Positions 61,501-64,000 of a DNA stretch of 64,000 bases are shown here, in pieces. The translations under genes were made by a program, and so were the position numbers. Origin of the DNA: a virus; the IMG/VR virus record IMGVR_UViG_3300010403_000003, positions 1 to 64,000 of that record; one strand, 5' to 3'. The notes beneath the pieces were generated by a model. It searched no databases. It was not told the origin of the DNA and saw nothing but the letters and a program-made list of their open reading frames with translations. Positions within the stretch are counted from its first letter, which is position 1; each line of letters starts with the position of its first letter.

Positions 61501-62881
61501 GCCAAAACGTCGAGGACGACGCGGACGTCCCGTTATTGAGATTGGCGACCGGCAAATTGCCGCTGATCGTCGATGCGCCGAGGTTGATGGTAAAACCGGT
61601 GCCCGTGGCCCCTGCCGTCAGCGTCCCCGTCGTGACGATCGACGTCTGGCCCGCGTAGGTCGCCGCAATGTTGATGGTCGGATTGCCACCGACGCCGTTT
61701 CCATCAGCGACGCTGACCCTGTCAGTCGTGCCTGTGATCGTGCGGCCCGTGAACGTGTCGGCCGCCGTCTGCGTCAAAAGGCCGTTGGTGTTGTACGCGG
61801 CAAGCGCGACGAGCGTGGCGTCAAGACTGGCCGTAATCGTGCCGCTCGAAATAACCGGGCCGCCGCTGAACGATATGCCGGCCGTACCATTGGTGACATC
61901 GACGCTCGTGACTGTGCCGCCGCCCGAAAACGTTTGAAACGTGGGCAATGCCCCCGCCCCGTTGCTCGTCAGAACTTGGCCGGCCGTTCCCACGGAAACG
62001 ATTGATTGCAATGCCGCCGTGGAGGTCGTGCCGCCGCAGATAACGGCATACGCGGTCGCTGACGAGCGCCCGGTGCCACCGTCGCTAACGATGACGTCAG
62101 TGCCGGTCGTGTAATAAACGGCGTTCGTGTTGACCGTCGGCGCGTTACTAAATTCGCCATCCGTCGCCCAAATCTTTGTGACGCGAGACCCCGTCGCGGC
62201 GATGCTGCCCGTGAGCGTGAGATTATTCGAGCCGAGGGCAAGATCGCCGCCGCCAACCGTCAGTAGGTTCGCGCTGTGCGTGAGCGTCACGTCGCCAGCG
62301 TTGAAACTGATGACGCCGCCAGATGTCAGCAAAATTGAGGTCGTGAATGTGGGAGATGTCGAACGCACCAGCCCGCCGGTCCCGGTCGAGGTCGCCCCAC
62401 CGAGCGTATTGACCGCGTCCGCGACCGTAGCATCATCCAGATAGGTGCGCGCGGCGGTCGTGACCACGGTTGGATCGAAATTGATCGCGGTCCCGGAGCC
62501 GCTGACGATGTTGTCGCCATAATCCCCATCTGCGAGCGTCGCGCCGCCCGTAGTCGCCGAGGCGAACGTGACCTTCTTAGGGTTGCTGGTGTTGTCCAGC
62601 GTGATCGTCATGTTCGCGCCGGCGACGTATTCCAGCGCGGTCGTTATTGAATCGACGGTGACGGTCGTTTGCCCAGTCACCGCGATCGAAGTGAAGACAT
62701 TCTGTTCGCAAAAGTAAGGAAGCGAATTGTAGGCCGTCGAGCCGTCGCCAACCTTAAGCCGGTGCGTATCGAGTTCGAGAACGAGTTCCTGCACCAACGG
62801 CGTCGCATTTTCCGACGCGAGCGCCGCAGCCGTACCTCCCCACGGCCTGATGAACGCATTCTCGCCCGACCGCACCGCCAT
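58520..62881 (-). CDS. long tail fibre with Mtd-N-like anchor and internal repeats
   Basis: LELDTHRLKVGDGSTAYNSLPY; repeated GTSASSSTFWRGDG, VICGGTTST, GTVTSVAI modules. Confidence 0.85.
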   Translation of the reverse strand: MAVRSGENAFIRPWGGTAAALASENATPLVQELVLELDTHRLKVGDGSTAYNSLPYFCEQNVFTSIAVTGQTTVTVDSITTALEYVAGANMTITLDNTSNPKKVTFASATTGGATLADGDYGDNIVSGSGTAINFDPTVVTTAARTYLDDATVADAVNTLGGATSTGTGGLVRSTSPTFTTSILLTSGGVISFNAGDVTLTHSANLLTVGGGDLALGSNNLTLTGSIAATGSRVTKIWATDGEFSNAPTVNTNAVYYTTGTDVIVSDGGTGRSSATAYAVICGGTTSTAALQSIVSVGTAGQVLTSNGAGALPTFQTFSGGGTVTSVDVTNGTAGISFSGGPVISSGTITASLDATLVALAAYNTNGLLTQTAADTFTGRTITGTTDRVSVADGNGVGGNPTINIAATYAGQTSIVTTGTLTAGATGTGFTINLGASTISGNLPVANLNNGTSASSSTFWRGDGTWAAVSGAAGGTVTSVAISGANGLTVVSGSPITSAGTIALTIGNIGGVTPVTVNGLTITPTTGTLDILSGKTLDVNNTITINATDGATIQFSGGGTVAYATDKLSFFAPTTSLEFNSVISDNTGSGLVVFNASPTITTPTITAPNITGGTAIELTGLSIRSTTSNDLIFATSEALTVDRTLSIIMGDSNRTLTMAGNATISNVNSGDQTFTASGDATAPGSTSNLALTLATVTTADTTGGSTAIPVITKDVKGRVTNITTAAVIAPAGTLTGTTLAGNVVTSSLTSVGTIATGIWQGTKIAELYGGTNQSNYTLGDILYSSAANTLSKLAGNTTTTNKFLSQTGNGSVSAAPAWNALVVADIPDLSAIYSVKAGNTSLVTLGSVSTGTWLATTIDVGHGGSGASAFTPYAVICGGTTSTGPLQSVASVGTAGQVLTSNGAATLPTFQAVVNATITLSGDVSGSGTSSIVTTLATVNSNVGSFGSSTAIPTITANAKGLVTAISTNAVIAPAGTLTGTTLNSAVTASSLTSVSTLTGGATGAGFTINLGASTISGNLPVANLNNGTSASSSTFWRGDGVWATTPGGGDVFSSISSTTDTRVAIFDGTTGKLIKDAPTTISSTGVLSTRAAILANTTGGSGALALLVRDVTDTNTLASISNTGAGVFNGGVITGSVTTASVRPGVIAGDTTAFEAYDTNDSVYRTFATLTAGNTPTFVLQNTNLGTVTGGVLTAASGYVTTNLVGNLPVSYLNSGTGASASTAWFGDGTWKTAGTVTSVAIAGNNGITIVSGSPITTAGTITLGLGNITPTSVTTTGAIQAGTTTNGVIKWWDAANSQTVSITAGAGTLTLQSAYSLSAVTFIGNLVGNASTATTLQTARSIYGNSFNGSADITAAVTVPFGGTGLTSATIYAPICGGTTTTGAYQSASTGMSTNNRVFTSNGSSALPSFQSLLALLATLLVAHGTRVSSTDQPIYLAADDTIKLGGTIAC

Positions 62882-62884
62882 CAG

Positions 62885-63250
62885 TTAGCTCGCATTTACG
62901 GTTTCGGTGACATTATCGGTCGCGTGCTTGGCCGGTTCCTTGGCGACGTCGGACTTTTCGCCGCACTCATTAAGCAGCGTCGTACAAGTGCCGATGATCC
63001 ATGGCGTCCATTGCGACTTGAGCAAGCGCGACTTGATGAGCTTCATTTCGGTCTTGTCGATATCGCCGCCGGACTTGATCCGCATTTGCAATTCCCAGCG
63101 ATCTAACTTCTCGTCGTCTTTGAGTTCTTTGTCTTGGTCGAGAGCGGAGAAAATGATCGAGCGGAGCGTGATGGCTTTGCCCGTCGCCTGGTCCCTGAAC
63201 TCTTCACCGTCGAAAGACAAAAGCTTCGCGTCCAAATTACTGATCTTCAT
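62885..63250 (-). CDS. putative tail fibre assembly/accessory protein
   Basis: MKISNLDAKLLSFDGE..; lies between fibre genes. Confidence 0.55.
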   Translation of the reverse strand: MKISNLDAKLLSFDGEEFRDQATGKAITLRSIIFSALDQDKELKDDEKLDRWELQMRIKSGGDIDKTEMKLIKSRLLKSQWTPWIIGTCTTLLNECGEKSDVAKEPAKHATDNVTETVNAS

Positions 63251-63341
63251 ATGCGTAACCCTCGAAACCAAACTTCTCCGCCAAGCAAGATAGGCCACAA
63301 AGCCTGTTGCCAAGAGGCGGATGGTAAATTCCTGTAATCGC

Positions 63342-63998
63342 TCATTCGTCGCATTGGATGTGCCCGACAATGACGGTCGTCGGCTCATAAAAACCCTCCA
63401 CGGCAATGAAGCAGCCGTCGGAAATCCGGGCGATGATCTCCGGAACGCCAGCGCCGGCCCTCGCATCGCCCGGACGCATTGCAATCGTGGCAACCGCCAC
63501 CATCGCCGCTTGCCCGGCCCCCAGATTCGCTCCATAGCCTGCGGCAACGATCGTCGCGCTCGCGGAAGGACTGCCGCCGCTTCCTAAGCCGCCCGCGACC
63601 GGAGCGGCGTCTCCCGGCCTCGCGGCGATGAGGCCCGCGGCGACAATGGCCGGCTGGCCTGCGAATGTACCGGCATCGCCGGGGCGAGCGAGCACCGCCG
63701 CCGTGACGGATGCCGCCCCACGTCCGGCGTCAGCGCCGGCGTCCCCCGGTCGTGCCGTCAGCGTGACGCCGATCGACAAACCGGCCGGGTGAGAATCGAA
63801 CGACGAATCACCCGGCCGCCCAGAGACGACCGCCGCTCCTGAGATCGCTGGGCCTCCGTTGCCCGTGGCCGCATCGCCGGGGGCCTGCATGACGGTGACG
63901 GCCGTGATCGCCGTGCCGCGCCCGGCGTCCGGGGCAGAGTCGCCCGCCTGTGCCGTTATGACCGCCGTGCCCGTGAGCGTTGCCGCGCCACGCGCCGG
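63342..63998 (-). CDS. Ala/Gly-rich repeat virion protein (5' truncated by window)
   Basis: ~22-aa repeats containing RPGDA. Confidence 0.7.
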   Translation of the reverse strand, partial: PARGAATLTGTAVITAQAGDSAPDAGRGTAITAVTVMQAPGDAATGNGGPAISGAAVVSGRPGDSSFDSHPAGLSIGVTLTARPGDAGADAGRGAASVTAAVLARPGDAGTFAGQPAIVAAGLIAARPGDAAPVAGGLGSGGSPSASATIVAAGYGANLGAGQAAMVAVATIAMRPGDARAGAGVPEIIARISDGCFIAVEGFYEPTTVIVGHIQCDE

Positions 63999-64000
63999 GG

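Noticed and set aside
58520-62881. Diversity-generating retroelement suggested by the Mtd-N-like fibre
   Set aside because: No reverse transcriptase and no adenine-specific TR/VR pair seen; the repeats differ mainly at synonymous sites
1-64000. Stop-codon reassignment
   Set aside because: Core genes are intact in the standard code, and TAA, TAG and TGA all end genes

Overview
The window is a large segment of a GC-rich temperate tailed phage genome. The host is probably a member of Planctomycetota, inferred from protein family style only. Nearly all genes are on the minus strand. Modules from left to right: head morphogenesis and packaging (1-15.4 kb, interrupted by a plus-strand cassette); a DNA-modification cluster (split ParB-methyltransferase with a nested PLP enzyme, 15.4-18.1 kb); early, replication and recombination genes with several HNH endonucleases (18-36 kb); a tyrosine integrase followed by three different tRNA-Gly(CCC) 3' halves (36-40.4 kb); a tRNA-Met-like structured leader and divergent switch (40.7-41.0 kb); lysis and membrane genes (43-52 kb); and tail fibres (52-64 kb). 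Head genes run off the left end and tail genes off the right end, and the att sites look unrecombined, which suggests a free or circularly permuted genome. Most notable observations: (1) a ~1400-aa portal polyprotein whose cargo modules each start with an L-x-E-type site plus a repeated FTG-x-D-x-xGH tag; (2) a three-variant attP array; (3) a homopolymer-frameshifted split methyltransferase; (4) a conserved leaderless late-promoter motif. All family assignments are by-eye motif recognition, with no database search.
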